A stretch of 63,466 nucleotides of DNA, counting the filler, from Syncephalis fuscata S228 (lineage: Eukaryota > Fungi > Zoopagomycota), in NCBI GenBank assembly GCA_025786725.1. It is 6 parts of 6 records of this genome, joined end to end, with 100 filler letters (N's around TTAATTAATTAA, not from the genome) between each part and the next. Parts side by side here need not be neighbours in the genome. Positions count along the whole stretch, not along the records: positions 13,583 to 32,977 come from JAHLTZ010000175.1; positions 33,078 to 46,056 come from JAHLTZ010000253.1; 4 more parts are not named here. One strand, 5' to 3'. The position numbers and the translations under genes are program-made. The notes beneath the pieces were generated by a model. The model ran no database searches. It had not been told where the DNA came from and saw nothing but the letters and a program-made list of their open reading frames with translations. Each line of letters starts with the position of its first letter. The stretch's first letter is position 1. Of the stretch, positions 25,578 to 38,487 are shown piece by piece.

Positions 25578-27020
25578 AATCAAATTATCGACGTACTTCG
25601 ACTGAAGGAGATTTATCAAATTGAGTATGATGTTGAGCCACTTGCTGTACCATCTATATTATTTCGAACAATACTAACACCTAATTCAGCTATTCTATAT
25701 ACTGTTACGATTGACAGAACTAAATATTGGATACGTAGAGAAAGTAATTTGACTGATGTTATGAACTGGGGAGAAAATGTAACTGACTCAAGTTACCCAA
25801 TTCAAGATTGGCAATTATCCGATGAGTATTATAGGTCTCGTTCACTAAACAATTCAAAGCTTTCTATGATTATGTTAAAACCCAATATTAGTGCTGTATT
25901 TGTTCCTAAGGCCCATAATTCTTTAAATAGACTTCACAAGGATAAACGCCCTACTAATGAAATTAATATAAAAGTTATAATTGACTTTCCAGATAATCAA
26001 TCGTTCGCTACTAAGCAATCTCGTAGTTTTCAAACTGATATATTTATAATTAATAATCCCGATTTACTTAACTCACCAAATCACAAGAAACCATTCGATC
26101 TAGATACGATTAATCCTGATAATCGCTTTACTGCAAAAAGTGGAACCAATAATAAGTTTAATTTTCTCAAAACCTATAAAGAAGAAAATAAGCAGACTAA
26201 ACCAATTTACGATTTTAAGTTTCATGAACGACCAGGCGTAGATCCAGCAGCAATTGAACTCAACATTGTTCCTCGCAATGAACCATCTGAAGATAACAGT
26301 GGTTTTATAGTAAAAAAAGAAATTGCACGACATCCCGTTAGTTGGTTCCAAGCAGTTGGTGCTATTGGTGGTGCTATATCACTATTTATTGCTATTTTCA
26401 CCTTATTTTTTGGTCAAAGTCGTCTCCGGCCATGGGGAATCATTCAACGATACATTATGCGCAACAAGATGCTTAGCCTTTTACCACAGTCTATGGTCAG
26501 CATTAAATCATATTACAATCCCGAATTTAATCACGGACCAGCTGCTGATATGAAGGGTTTAAATAAGACAAACCCAGAACCATACAAGACAGCATTCCGG
26601 TCATCAAAGTCTACTGTCAACACATATCGACAAGATCCGCCAAATAATGACATATCTCAACGTATACCATCCATACTTATTAATGGCGAGCAGCCATACT
26701 CATCCACTGCTGATGCTCATGCCAGTGAAATAAGTAAGCTCAAGACAATGATAGCAGCACAAATGAAGCAAGCTACAGTAATGTCAGATCAGCTTGCAAT
26801 GCTTGAAAGTAATCTAAGCACAAACAACAGTGCTATACTGCTAGATAAATCGACCCTGGATAATACATGTCTATCAAATACATCAATGGCTCAGTATAGT
26901 GAACCATTTGTATCTTCACGTAGTGCAGCAGCATTTGAGACTCGCTTATCAAATATCGAAGCTTTCCAGTCTCGATTGGGAACATTCTACTTGTCATCTG
27001 ATCTGTTTAAAGATGATTAG
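25479..27020 (+). CDS. Paralogous 2TM protein, 513 aa
   Basis: Collinear similarity to 22392-24017 over its full length. Confidence 0.8.
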   Translation: MHFLNPLHEPTSLVISRFLFLVIGIAALAFFIINQIIDVLRLKEIYQIEYDVEPLAVPSILFRTILTPNSAILYTVTIDRTKYWIRRESNLTDVMNWGENVTDSSYPIQDWQLSDEYYRSRSLNNSKLSMIMLKPNISAVFVPKAHNSLNRLHKDKRPTNEINIKVIIDFPDNQSFATKQSRSFQTDIFIINNPDLLNSPNHKKPFDLDTINPDNRFTAKSGTNNKFNFLKTYKEENKQTKPIYDFKFHERPGVDPAAIELNIVPRNEPSEDNSGFIVKKEIARHPVSWFQAVGAIGGAISLFIAIFTLFFGQSRLRPWGIIQRYIMRNKMLSLLPQSMVSIKSYYNPEFNHGPAADMKGLNKTNPEPYKTAFRSSKSTVNTYRQDPPNNDISQRIPSILINGEQPYSSTADAHASEISKLKTMIAAQMKQATVMSDQLAMLESNLSTNNSAILLDKSTLDNTCLSNTSMAQYSEPFVSSRSAAAFETRLSNIEAFQSRLGTFYLSSDLFKDD

Positions 27021-27265
27021 TCTAATTAATATCTATAATAACTTATATAATTATATTTGCCATAATAAATGTGTATTCACAAATCAAAAAATAATATATA
27101 AACTGAACATGTATCCAATTAATTACATTCTATTACCAATATTTATTAACGACTTGGAATTGAATAAAACAATTGGTACTTTAACATATCAACACATTGA
27201 ATAAACGAAAATGTAATGCTTTGTTAGGAATAGCTAAAACAATACAGTAAAATAAAACTAATAGC

Positions 27266-29978
27266 TTAATCTCCATCGGATATATCAAGTTCCGCCGTCA
27301 TATACTGAAACGCTAATTCTTGTACAGCACCATAGCTGTTGTGTCGACGTATACCCTGTTCTATTGTTCGTCTATCGATCATACTACGATGAGGTCGTTG
27401 TCCGTTAGGAGAACCTACGGTAGAGTAGGATTGGTCGTTTCGTTGTGGTAAATCGCGTCGTGTGGCATCGAAACGGCGCAAGCGTAGTCGGTAGATGATC
27501 TCATCGATCGTCAATTCAATCTGACAATGGTTACGTATAATGGCAATTTCTATAGTAATTTACAGTTAAGATATCAATCGTATGTACAAATAGCGTATTA
27601 GTGTAAAATTCTATGTATAAAAAGGATACTGGGCCAAGTGGCACGTTCACCGCGTAGCATCGACTCTGTCATCATTTCATCTGATGGATTAACCAGTAAG
27701 TGAGGAAATTGAGACCAGGCGATATCTGGAATAATGGTAATATCTCCTTCGTATCGTTGAGATAGAATAGCTCGTAATTTACAAGTGGTATTTGGCATAA
27801 CACCTAAATCATCCAACTAACAACTCAATGGTATTTAGTAATATATAATATATAATATAGAGTGTGTATAGTTTACCTGTGCTAAACGATGTTGCAATTC
27901 CTGAACCGCTAAATTCATCATCCAAGAACCCGCCCGATGTAAAGGTGACTCCGAAATAGACTTGCGTAAAAATGGAATAACATGTGGATTGACTATAAAT
28001 ATTGTAAGAAATAGACTAATCTACGGTACTCCTATCTATTCTATTCTTACCTTGACAAACAATAAAGTGATTTATATTGAACAGTTCAGATAGCTTGTTC
28101 ATCGGTAAATCACTAATAAAATCATAGTTAATTAATAATATATATTAAATTATTCAATTAAATACCTACGTTTCTACTGAACCATCAATCCAACGATGGC
28201 CTAAATATACTCGTGTCAACATAACTGCTATTAGTGTCAATTAAACATACCAGCCATATTCCACGGGACAATCTTGCCTGTCTGGTCCTTTACCATAAGT
28301 CGAGTGGATTGAAACACTAAGGGAACTGCACACGATGCCATACTATTCGTTCATTACATATTTACATGTATAATATTAGTATATATACTAGCTATAACTA
28401 TCCCAACTTACACAGCAGACCAAATGACTACATTGGGCGTAGTAAGATAGTTCAGCAATTGTGGCATTTCATGATTTGTCGATGAACTAACGGCAATATT
28501 AAGAATACGACGGGTTCTATTAAATGCTTCCTATTATTAAATAACATTATAACTTAGCCGTTACTACTGCTAATACTAGTCCATGATTACAATACCTGAA
28601 ATGTCAAATCACCTAGAATGTTATATAATGATGTCTTCATAGTAGATTTATCATAAAAATTCCCTACTCATATTCCATAAATATCTAAATATATTATAAA
28701 CAGTATTGCTTATACTTACCATGCTTAAGGAATCGAGATATTTTATCATAGATACCATCATCGCTAAATGAATCAAAGAATTTCTAATAATGACATTATT
28801 AACAATCCTACTATTATAGTCATCAAATCTATTACTTACAAGCTCTACTGCTCCTGGTTGTAAAAGTTGATCTACTTCTTCATCAGTATGTGTACAAATA
28901 ATGGATGCAATAATAGAACCACTTGATGTACCAGATATAACTCGTGGCAATAAATTACACTCCTTTAAACAACGAATAACACCTATATGTGTTAGGCCTA
29001 TATTCATCATACCACTCATTAATATATATATATATATATATAGATATCATCATCCTCTACTTATATAAAGACTTACCAAATGTTGCTCCACCACTTAATA
29101 ATAAAGCCGTACGACCATAAGCATGTCGAACATTAATGAAAAAGTCGTATCGTGCATCCTCAGATGTCCATTCATCGTAATCGACATCAGAAAGAAAGTT
29201 CAACTGTAAAACTACTTCCTCAATAAATTCTTCAATAAGCTTCTTCGTACCAATACGTGTATGTGCATAGTTCTAATCAATGACATCATCATTATTAAAT
29301 AGTTATTAATAATAAGCCATTTAACTTACCCGTGGATTACCCATATCAGCAAAATGACGTGATAATGACGATCGAAGTAAGAATATCATAGCTGATATAT
29401 TATTTGATTCTCTGGCAGCCCGTAACTGCTCAATACGTAACTTCAATATTCCATAGTCATAGTCGGAAGAGACAGGATTTTGTTTCCACGTATTTTTACC
29501 TATTATTATAATAAACATGTTAGATCGTTCTATCAACAACAACTATATATTACCATCTTGTTGATCAAGTATCAATGCAGCTGATGCCCATTGTTCGTAA
29601 TTGGTGGCTACACTCATCAAATGCTCGTAATAATCCCTTCTATCATGTGGATTTAATATAGCAAAATACTTTTCCTAATTATTATAATACACAATTAATT
29701 AATTAAAATGTTAATTAATTAACCAACTAACTATTAGCTACCTTTAACCATTGTGCAGACTGATAACCAATTTCATGTCTTTTATCTAATAACTGATATA
29801 GCCACCCAGTCTTAGATTTATCTTCAGCGGTGAATTCTTTAGGTTCTTCAATAAAATCCTCAACTGAAGAAGTCTTTGTTGTTTGTGTTGTTTCCGAGTC
29901 CGAGTCTTCCAGTAGCTCATCTTCAAACGCCATCCAAACAGGACGATCGGTGTGGTTGAGCACTGGAGGAGGAGACAT
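27266..29978 (-). CDS. Patatin-like triacylglycerol lipase (Tgl4/Tgl5/SDP1 family), ~13 exons
   Basis: [65 protein letters not shown]. Confidence 0.9.
27550..27629 (-). other. U12-type GT-AG spliceosomal intron
   Basis: 5' GTATCCTTT, branch ATCTTAAC (27565-27572) ~15 nt before AG; removal gives [19 protein letters not shown]. Confidence 0.88.
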
Positions 29979-30235
29979 ATAAACGAGAGCAGCTATAGCA
30001 GTAGGTAGTTTGGTATCAGTATTTAGTAGTTATAAACGAATTGACTGTAAAAGTAGAGTAGATGACAAGGTAAGTGGCGGAATTGAATGAAAGTAAAAGT
30101 GTTGTTCAGTCGGAGAATGGCAGTCTCCACAAAAACAACAATGTTTATTGGTACTTTCTATTTTAGTCTAGTTTATTGATTTGCCTTCCTACTCTTGTTT
30201 TTAGTTGCATATACAGGTATCAGTTATTGGTTGAA

Positions 30236-32200
30236 ATGCATGCAAGTAGTATTAGCCATGATGCATGAATCTATATGTATATACGATTAACAGTATATTT
30301 AAATATAGATTGCTATAGAGGGATGTGGACACGGTGACCTCGATGCTATTTACGCCGAGATTCAGCGGCGCGAAGAGGCACAGGGCTGCCGTGTTGACTT
30401 GCTGCTTATATGCGGTGATTTCCAGGTAAGTACTACGCTTAACACGATAGTAGCTAATAGTATTTAGGCGGTGCGTAACTTTGAAGACTTGGCAACTATG
30501 GCTTGTCCTGTAAGATTCCGTAAATTGGGCGATTTTCACCGTTATTATTCTGGTGAAAAGGTGGCACCTATTTTAACACTATTTATTGGTGGCAATCACG
30601 AAGCGAGTAATCACTTACAAGAACTGTAAGTTATTAATGGTTTAAAAAGATTTACTAATAAGTCTAGATATTATGGTGGATGGGTCTGTCCCAATATCTA
30701 CTATTTAGGTGCAGCAGGAGTTGTTCAATACGGTGGATTGCGTATTGGTGGTATTAGCGGTATTTACAAGTCTCATGACTATACTAAAGGTAGCGCTGTT
30801 TAATAGCGATTATGACTATAGATATACTAATAGGAATACAGGTCGTTTTGAAGAACCTCCATACAACAAGAGTGATGAACGAAGTATCTATCATATTCGT
30901 AGTTATGATATTGAACGATTATCAATGGTAGATACCAAGTGTAATAGCAATGATACATTATATTGATGTACACACTGGTTAATAGATAAGAGAACGACTT
31001 CATGTAATTATGTCTCATGATTGGCCGTGTGGTATTGAACAATACGGTAATTTGAATCGTCTTTTATCACAAAAACCATTTTTACGTAAAGATGTAAGTT
31101 TGTATTAAATCATTTATATTTATTAATTAATATGAGCGACTATTAGATATCTACTAAATCTTTGGGATCACCGAAGAGCATGGATTTATTGCATCGTGTT
31201 CAACCACTTTATTGGTTTGCTGCTCATCTTCATGCTTACTTTAAAGCAACAGTTCAACATCCAGTTACCGCAGTTGAAACAGTTGACAAGCAACAAGAAC
31301 TACTTAATATTGGTAATCCAGAAGCTATTTCACTAGGCGATCTAGACGATGATAGTAGTGGTAATGATGACAAGGACGATGGTATTCAATTTGAAGGAGC
31401 ACCTCAAGTTGATGTACTTGCTGTTGTTGAACAGAATCCAGATCAAATAGCTTTAGATATAAGCGAAGAAGAAGAAGAAGAAGAAGATGATGATGATGAA
31501 GAAGAGGATAGTAATAATGAACAGAATGAACAGAATGAAAGGTCAATTGGCGATATGTTTATAGATACAGTTGGTGTAAACGCATCAGTATTACCAAAAT
31601 TCACAGTAACCAATTTCCTAGCGTTAAGTAAACGACAATCTAAATTTGAATTTCTTGAGGTATGTTTATTAAATAATAGTAATAATAATAATAATAGTAA
31701 AATTGAATATATTGTTATATCTATAGATTATAGAAATTACTGATGAATTGAATGAAGCACCATCTACATTTTGTTATGATCTTGAATGGTTGGCTATTTT
31801 ACGGGCAACACGTCCCTATCTATCATTACGTTATCGCCAATCAAGTCTACCCTGTAATGATGCAATTTACCGGTAATATTATATACAATGATTGTATTTA
31901 CACTATTTATTAACTAGCAATACGAATAGTGAAATTGATAAGGAGCGTAAATGGATAGCAGCCAATGTCACTGATTTACAAATCCCACACAATTTTACGA
32001 TGACCGTACAGCCACCTACGCCTCAAGAAGCGAGTGGACCTACACGCACAAATGTAGAAACACCACGTAGGTTAACATGTTACTGACCCACTACCTACTA
32101 ATGACTATAATAACTATAATAACTATTAGGATTTACCCGCAATCCACAAACTACCAACTTTTGTCAAATGTTAGGTATTGCCGAACCAACTTGGCAATAA
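30236..32200 (+). CDS. DBR1: RNA lariat debranching enzyme, ~10 exons
   Basis: [66 protein letters not shown]; first intron GC-AG (30242-30308). Confidence 0.93.
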
Positions 32201-32355
32201 ATAATAAATAACATTACAATGGCTATTAATGATATAATAGAATGTCAATCTGTATTTATTCTTATACTATAACAATGTATAGAGGGGGTAATTGTAATAG
32301 TAGTCGTTGATGATTCAGTAGTGGCTATTACCATTAGATAACGAGACTTAGTGAA

Positions 32356-32731
32356 TTAGAAACGATCGCGTGAATAGCTATAACAATAACAGAGGCAAGG
32401 GCAATCAATAATGCATGCATTAGTATGGTGTCACACACACTATTATAGCGGCATGTAGTACATGGTATATAGTACACGCACATATACATCCACGTGCATA
32501 CACCTACCTTTTGGCAAATTCTTGGTTAACGGCAAACATCTTGGTGTTTGTATCTTGCGTGACATGGAGCCATGGGTATGGGTTATTATGGCGATCCCAA
32601 ACGACTTCAGTACCGCGAGCTAGACGGGTTACATACCAGGCAGCACCACCCACGGCAACACCCAATACACCAACAATAGGCAATACTTCAACGCGATACC
32701 AGTTTTTCATAAAGCTTTGACGGAACGACAT
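32356..32731 (-). CDS. NDUFA4/B12D-like small mitochondrial protein, 2 coding exons
   Basis: EVLPIVGVLGVAVGGAAWYVTRLARGTEVVWDRHNNPYPW. Confidence 0.8.
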
Positions 32732-33077
32732 ATTGGATAGCTGTAAAATGGATGCGATAGATAATAGATGAGACGAGACAAGTAAGTAGAAATGGTAAGT
32801 AACGTTAAAGGTAATAAATAATATCGATAGTACGTTAGATGAGTATATATATATATTCTTAATACTATCGGAGATAAGTAACACCAATATCGCCTACTTA
32901 CTGAAACTATGAGATTTACCCAAACAATAAAAGTGAGTGAACTATTGTTGTAATAGAAGAAAGATACCGAGTGGTGGNNNNNNNNNNNNNNNNNNNNNNN
33001 NNNNNNNNNNNNNNNNNNNNNTTAATTAATTAANNNNNNNNNNNNNNNNNNNNNNNNNNNNNNNNNNNNNNNNNNNN

Positions 33078-33349
33078 CGTGGCAAAAATGATTTATTCAA
33101 TAGTATGCTGGCTGGTGGATTGGCTGGTGCTCTATTCCGTTCTGCTGGTAAGTGTTGATCATTATAAACATATACACAACTTAGTAAAATGATATTAATA
33201 TGTTTCTATAATATTATAATTTAGCTGGACTAAGATCGGCAGGTATTGCTGGCGGTATATGCGCCACACTGGCCGCTGTTTGGCACACTTCGCAAAACTC
33301 TATCATCAATTTGCCTATACTTACTGCACGCAATAACCATCACGCTTAA
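33078..33349 (+). CDS. TIM23: 3' end of a Tim23/Tim17-family translocase, 5' truncated
   Basis: RGKNDLFNSMLAGGLAGALFRSA-intron-AGLRSAGIAGG. Confidence 0.75.
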
Positions 33350-33509
33350 TGAACCTGTGAATGTGCGTGTGCGTGTTGTGTTATAAAAATAAACCATAGA
33401 TTAACTATAATAATAACAATAATCAATGTAAAATAAAATAACTAAAATAATACATTTTTAATTAATTTGTATTGCCAATTTATTTGTGCACAATGCAACA
33501 ATAAAAACA

Positions 33510-34631
33510 TTAGACAATAATGCGGGCCTTGGCGGCTTCGCGGGCAGCAGCCTTCTCGCGCTTGCGGAGGGTAGCTTGAGTCTTCATGCCCATAACACCA
33601 CCACCCAGGTACGGCGGTGATCCTCGAACTTCTCGAGGTAGTTGGCGTTGACGGCGGTGAAAGGGAGGCAAGAGCGGCCTTATCCTCATCGCGGACATCG
33701 GTGATAGCCAAAGCAGTGGCGGTCTTGTTGTGGACAACAGTACCGGAGGCGAGCCTTACCCTTGACAATGCAGTATGGGACGCCCATCTTGCGGCAGAGA
33801 GCGGGCAACCAGAGGACCATTCAATTGGGTCAACATCGTCGGCAATAACGACGAGCTGGGCCTTCTTTGACTCGACCAAGGCGGTAATGTGGTTGATACC
33901 GTACTTGACGACAATGGCTTCTTGGTCTCCTTCTCGGCCTTACCGTCAGCCTTGGCGGCAGCGGCGGCGAAGATACGCTCCTTCTTCTCCTTGCGGGTCT
34001 CTGGGCGATATTTGTTGACCAACTTGAAGAGCTGGGTAGCAGTGTTGCGGTCTAGCACCTTGGTGAACTGGTTAAGGGAAGGTGGCACCTTAAGACGCAT
34101 CTTAAGAATCTTGCGCTGGCGCTGAAGACGCACATATGCTGGCCAGCGGACAAAGCGAGTCAAATCGCGTTGTGGCTGGATGTCTTGGCCAATGCCGAAG
34201 TTGCGAGTACGCTTCTCGACATGAGGGTGGACAGTGTTCTTGGCGACCTTCTTGCCCTTGCCTGGCGTCTTGGCCACTTTCTTGGAGCCCTTTTGTGGAG
34301 ACTATATATACGTGCATGCGACAGAACAAGCCATAGGCGGTGCAACGTAATGAAGCAAGAAAAAACAACAATGATCAGCTCGGATTTCTAATACTAAGTC
34401 ATTGGCGATCTGTATACATGCATTGCTTCCGGATAGTGCTATGAGAGCAGCTAGCCAAACCAATACAAGACAAAGAATAAACTCAAACTTTGCCAAACTT
34501 ATCGACAAGTGTGTATGCGCTATATGCATATACACACCTATCAACTCTGTTTATATACAGCCGCCTAAACATACGGCTCAGACTACACACAAGTCGTCAA
34601 CGCGTCGTATGCCAATATTCCGAGCATACAT
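33510..34631 (-). CDS. RPL8: 60S ribosomal protein eL8 (L7a) with a long first intron; several apparent frameshifts
   Basis: [55 protein letters not shown]; ATG exon inferred at 34629-34631, acceptor near 34303. Confidence 0.9.
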
Positions 34632-35440
34632 TATCATGCAAATGCGTATATCTTGCCGACGATTATAAAAATCAAAGACAGACCAACATTATACGACATC
34701 ACTGCTACAACAACAATAGTAGTAGTAGTAGTGCGGTGTATAGTACATTCCTACGCAATAGCTATAGATATGTTTGTTGACGCAATTCGCTAGCTTTACA
34801 CCATTATCATTTCAACAATGATACCGATGCAAGAGCTATTGATATAGCTGCGGATAAAGCAGCAATAACATGTCATCTTCAATGAAAGATTACTGCTATC
34901 GCTGCTTTAACGGATGGATGGATGGATGGATGGATGGATGGACGTTGCCTTACCATGATGTGCGTTTATTACCGCTGGGATGCGACGTGTTAAATGTCGA
35001 GCCGTTCTGGGTGAAAAGAGAGAAGGAATCAATCGATGGTGCAAATCTTAATGATGTATTTATACACTCACAAATAGTAATAATAATTTTATTAGATTGC
35101 AAATTTGAAATATTTGCAACTCTGATTGATGAATACCTTTCAGCTGTATAAATAAACATTAATACAAACAACCTTTATATTGTTATGCCTATAAGGTATA
35201 GCTTTTTAAAATATATAGATGAAAGTATGAAATAAACTAAATACTTAGTATTTACTTTAACGCTTAAAATCAAATGTATCGGTTAGTTGATATTGTTTTT
35301 TGCTAATAAACATATTTCTTATTGGTCATTGATTATCACAATTTAGCTATAGTAATTGAATAAGTTTATGGCGCTAAATAGAAATAAAATACAACTAAAA
35401 ATTGATTATATTTATTGATATTGAATAACGCTATTATTTT

Positions 35441-37960
35441 ATAGCAAACATAGCTAAAAATAAAATTCGAATGCCTTGTAGCATTTCATTATTAACGCAG
35501 CATATCAATTCATACAACTGCGCATATATTTACAACTAATAAGCATCTACTCGTCATATCGTCGTAATAAGCGTTTATTACTAGTAATTAGTGCTAATAT
35601 CCGATACATATATTACTATTGTCTGTTTACAAGTGTTGTTAACGGATTATCCAAGCACATGGTTTATATCTTCGTCATTTTGAAATACCAATACTGCTAT
35701 AGTATCGGGATTTTAACAATACGACCATCGTAAAATGTAATATTTTATCTTCAATAGCTATGATTGCAGCAGAAATACTTTATTTATTTGTAATACTTTG
35801 AAATACCAATAAAATACTGGTTTACAAATTTAAATATAAAATTGTCAGGTTAATACTAAAACAATATGTGGTAGTATTAAAAGAACGATTATAATGTAAA
35901 TGGGTGGTAAAAATGCAATGTAATGTGAGTTAAGCAATAATAATGGTAATAATTTAATTAATAAACCAGCCATAAGTTTATGTATGACTTTACGTATAAT
36001 AAAGCAAATTACTTGATATTTTGTACAAGTATTTATATGGCATATAGATAGCTGCTGGTAAAGTATAGTGCTGTTGTATTGCGTGATGATACGGTAACTA
36101 CGATAATAAGTCAATAAATGTACAAAAATAGCAGTTTTTAGTTAATCATGGCTTATATACTTAAAATACAGCAAAACAATTGCCGGATTCGAGTTTTCCA
36201 TGCTTGAATATACCGTTTGATATAGTTTATAGAAAAATAAATTTTGCAAAAAAAGTTGGTCAAAAATGCGATTTACGTTATTTTAATTTATTTAGTAAAG
36301 CGTTGATGCTATGATGTATAACTTTACGTATAATAAAGCAAATTACTCGATATTTTGTACAAGTATGCACATAGTACATATGTAACTACAGGCAAAGTAT
36401 ACCATTATTGCATTGTGTGATGATGTAGTAATTGCAATAGTATACTAATAAATGTACAAAAATGTCAGTTTTTAGGCAATCATGGCTTATATAATTAAAA
36501 TACAGCAAAACGATAGCCAGATTCGAATTTTCCATGCTTGAATGTACAGTTTGATATAGTTTATAAAACAATAAAATTTGTAAAAAAAGTTGGTCAAAAA
36601 TGCAATTTACGTAAATAGTTGACAAACATCTAATTTATATGTATATTAATAACATAAATTGTCACTGTATGTAGATATTTATACATACTACCTCGCTGCT
36701 ATCTTTGTTTTGACGTTGTAAAGTGCTTTGTGTTTACTTTATATTGAATACTTTTTCAGTATTAAAATTTCTAAAATTATGGAATTTACTTCTTGTCAAC
36801 AACTATTTACGTAAACTGCATTTTGACCAACTTTTTTGCAAAATTTATTTTTCTATAAACTATATCAAACGGTATATTCAAGCATGGAAAACTCGAATCC
36901 GGCAATTGTTTTGCTGTATTTTAAGTATATAAGCCATGATTAACTAAAAACTGCTATTTTTGTACATTTATTGACTTATTATCGTAGTTACCGTATCATC
37001 ACGCAATACAACAGCACTATACTTTACCAGCAGCTATCTATATGCCATATAAATACTTGTACAAAATATCAAGTAATTTGCTTTATTATACTTAAAGTCA
37101 TACATAAACTTATGGCTGGTTTATTAATTAAATTATTACCATTATTATTGCTTAACTCACATTACATTGCATTTTTACCACCCACGCTATAATCACTTTT
37201 AAATATGAGTATAGTTATTATAAATAAAGAATATTAAATTGTATGTTGGTTATGTGTAATAAAAATAACAAATAATGCCATTTTACAATGTTCATGGCTA
37301 TTGTACATCAATGTTAAGGTGTTTTACAATGGTTTTGGCTATATTGAATAAACAAAACTTTGTATGATGATCATTGCTAATTAAAAGTAAAAGCGAGCGA
37401 ATCAAAATAATTGTAAATGGTGTTCATCACAAATAAATAATGATTTTATTGCATTTATAATTTTATAAGCTATAAACTATATGATCAAGTAACATCTTGT
37501 TGTAATGGTATTCTATAACTTTATCTTTTAATGCTTATTAGCACTTATTTTAACACAGAATACAACTCATTGGTTAGTTGATACAGTTATTGATAGTAAA
37601 TTTAATGTACAATTGCCATTAATTACCACAGTTAGACTATAATAAACTCAATACTCTGTATGGTATTACCTAGCAATAAGATGGAGCTAGAGACTGGTAA
37701 TTCACTTTATTGATACAGAATAACACTATCATTGTATAGCAAATATAGCTAATATTAGACTTTCAATACTTTGTATGTTTCATCAGTAACGCAGCATATT
37801 AGTTCAGGTGACTGCTCATATGCTCACAATTAACAAGTAGCTACTCGTCATATTGTCGTAATAGGCGTTTGTTACTAGTAATTAATGCTAATATCCGATA
37901 GGTATATTATTCTTGTGATCGATCATATGCGACTTTAACTGGTGATCCAATCACATGGTA
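35441..37960. repeat. Diverged direct repeats 35441-35665 and 37736-37960 flanking the large inverted repeat
   Basis: ctactcgtcata(t/c)..gtcgtaata.gcgttt.ttactagtaatta.tgctaatatccgata present in both copies. Confidence 0.8.
35901..37184. repeat. Long near-perfect inverted repeat (35901-36278 / 36809-37184) with a third diverged copy at 36315-36625
   Basis: ORF-track translations 35845-36114(-) and 36971-37192(+) are nearly identical; direct reading confirms reverse complementarity. Confidence 0.92.
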
Positions 37961-38160
37961 TATCCCAGTCATACTTTTACAAGACCTTGTCCGGAATATC
38001 AAAACAGTACCAATATAAATATAAATTAATAGACAAATGGTATAGATATGCCTTAAACTGAATTTTGAGGTTTAAAATGTACAAAAGTAAATTACTCAAT
38101 ACTTTTGACTAACAAACTAAAGCTTGCTCTAATTATCGATCCAAATATTATCCAGCGTGC

Positions 38161-38361
38161 TTGTTGCATGAAAAATCATGCGTGCATTGATTTCCCCAAA
38201 CAACGTCATACTTCAACATCATGTGTTAGCTTCGTTTAAACAAAACGACGTTTATTCCTATCATAATGTTCGGTATGCTTATTGCTGCACGAAAAACCAT
38301 GCGTGCATCGATTTTCCCAAACAACGTCATACTTCAACATCATGCGTTAGTCTTGTTTAAA
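38161..38361. repeat. Two-copy direct repeat (period 121 bp) upstream of a secreted-protein gene
   Basis: catgcgtgcat.gattt.cccaaacaacgtcatacttcaacatcatg.gttag occurs twice. Confidence 0.85.
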
Positions 38362-38487
38362 TAGACTAATATTGATCCCCATTACAATCTTAACATATTC
38401 GTTACTTTACCTTCTATTCTACTACTATAGCTTCTGTTAAATAATCCACATCCCAGTATATCTGTTTATATACCAGCTTGTATCAAC

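Noticed and set aside
35845-37192. Twin ORFs MTYYRSYRII...
   Set aside because: By-product of the inverted repeat; non-ATG starts in AT-rich non-coding DNA
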